Origin: Paraspadella gotoi
Lineage: Eukaryota > Animalia > Chaetognatha
Assembly: GCA_051294375.1 (NCBI GenBank)
Contig: CM119271.1
Span: forward strand, 12,701,039-12,765,038
DNA length: 64,000 bases
Direction: 5' to 3'
The position numbers and the translations under genes are program-made. Position 1 is the first letter of the stretch, and each line of letters begins with the position of its first letter. The notes under the pieces were generated by a model. It was given only the letters and a program-made list of their open reading frames with translations. It searched no databases and was not told the DNA's origin. Below, one piece after another: positions 63,980 to 64,000 of this stretch.

Positions 63980-64000
63980 GCCTAATAATCATCGACTAAG

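Overview
Eukaryotic, intron-rich, compact invertebrate-type genomic DNA with GC-rich exons, AT-rich introns and many microsatellites. Sixteen distinct genes are co-oriented on the minus strand. In transcription order they are GLYCTK (3' end only), a STAR/KH+RRM RNA-binding gene, BRK1, an F-box/LRR gene, FAF1, ANAPC10, five tandem F-box paralogs (E, D, C, B, A), CHMP4/SNF7, a SAP-domain PRPF39, NAGK, METTL25 and a ZYG11/ZER1-family gene (5' end only). The only plus-strand gene, SPAG6, is nested in an intron of the F-box/LRR gene. Two large near-identical blocks (24103-31325 ~ 31326-38320 and ~39860-44161 ~ 44187-48550) and many single-base indels look like long-read gap-filling artefacts. The most notable observations are: (1) a 595-bp TTAA-duplicating insertion that creates a precisely spliced, paralog-specific intron (Introner-like) in F-box D; (2) a miniature LTR element whose LTRs carry a tRNA-like Pol III module, with PBS, PPT and 4-bp TSD; (3) operon-like co-orientation with gaps as short as 114-138 nt and splice acceptors just before ATGs; (4) four AG|GCGAGT GC-AG introns; (5) unusual domain fusions (QUA1-KH-KH-RRM-RRM and SAP-PRP39). 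All gene models were assembled by eye and coordinates of internal exons are approximate.
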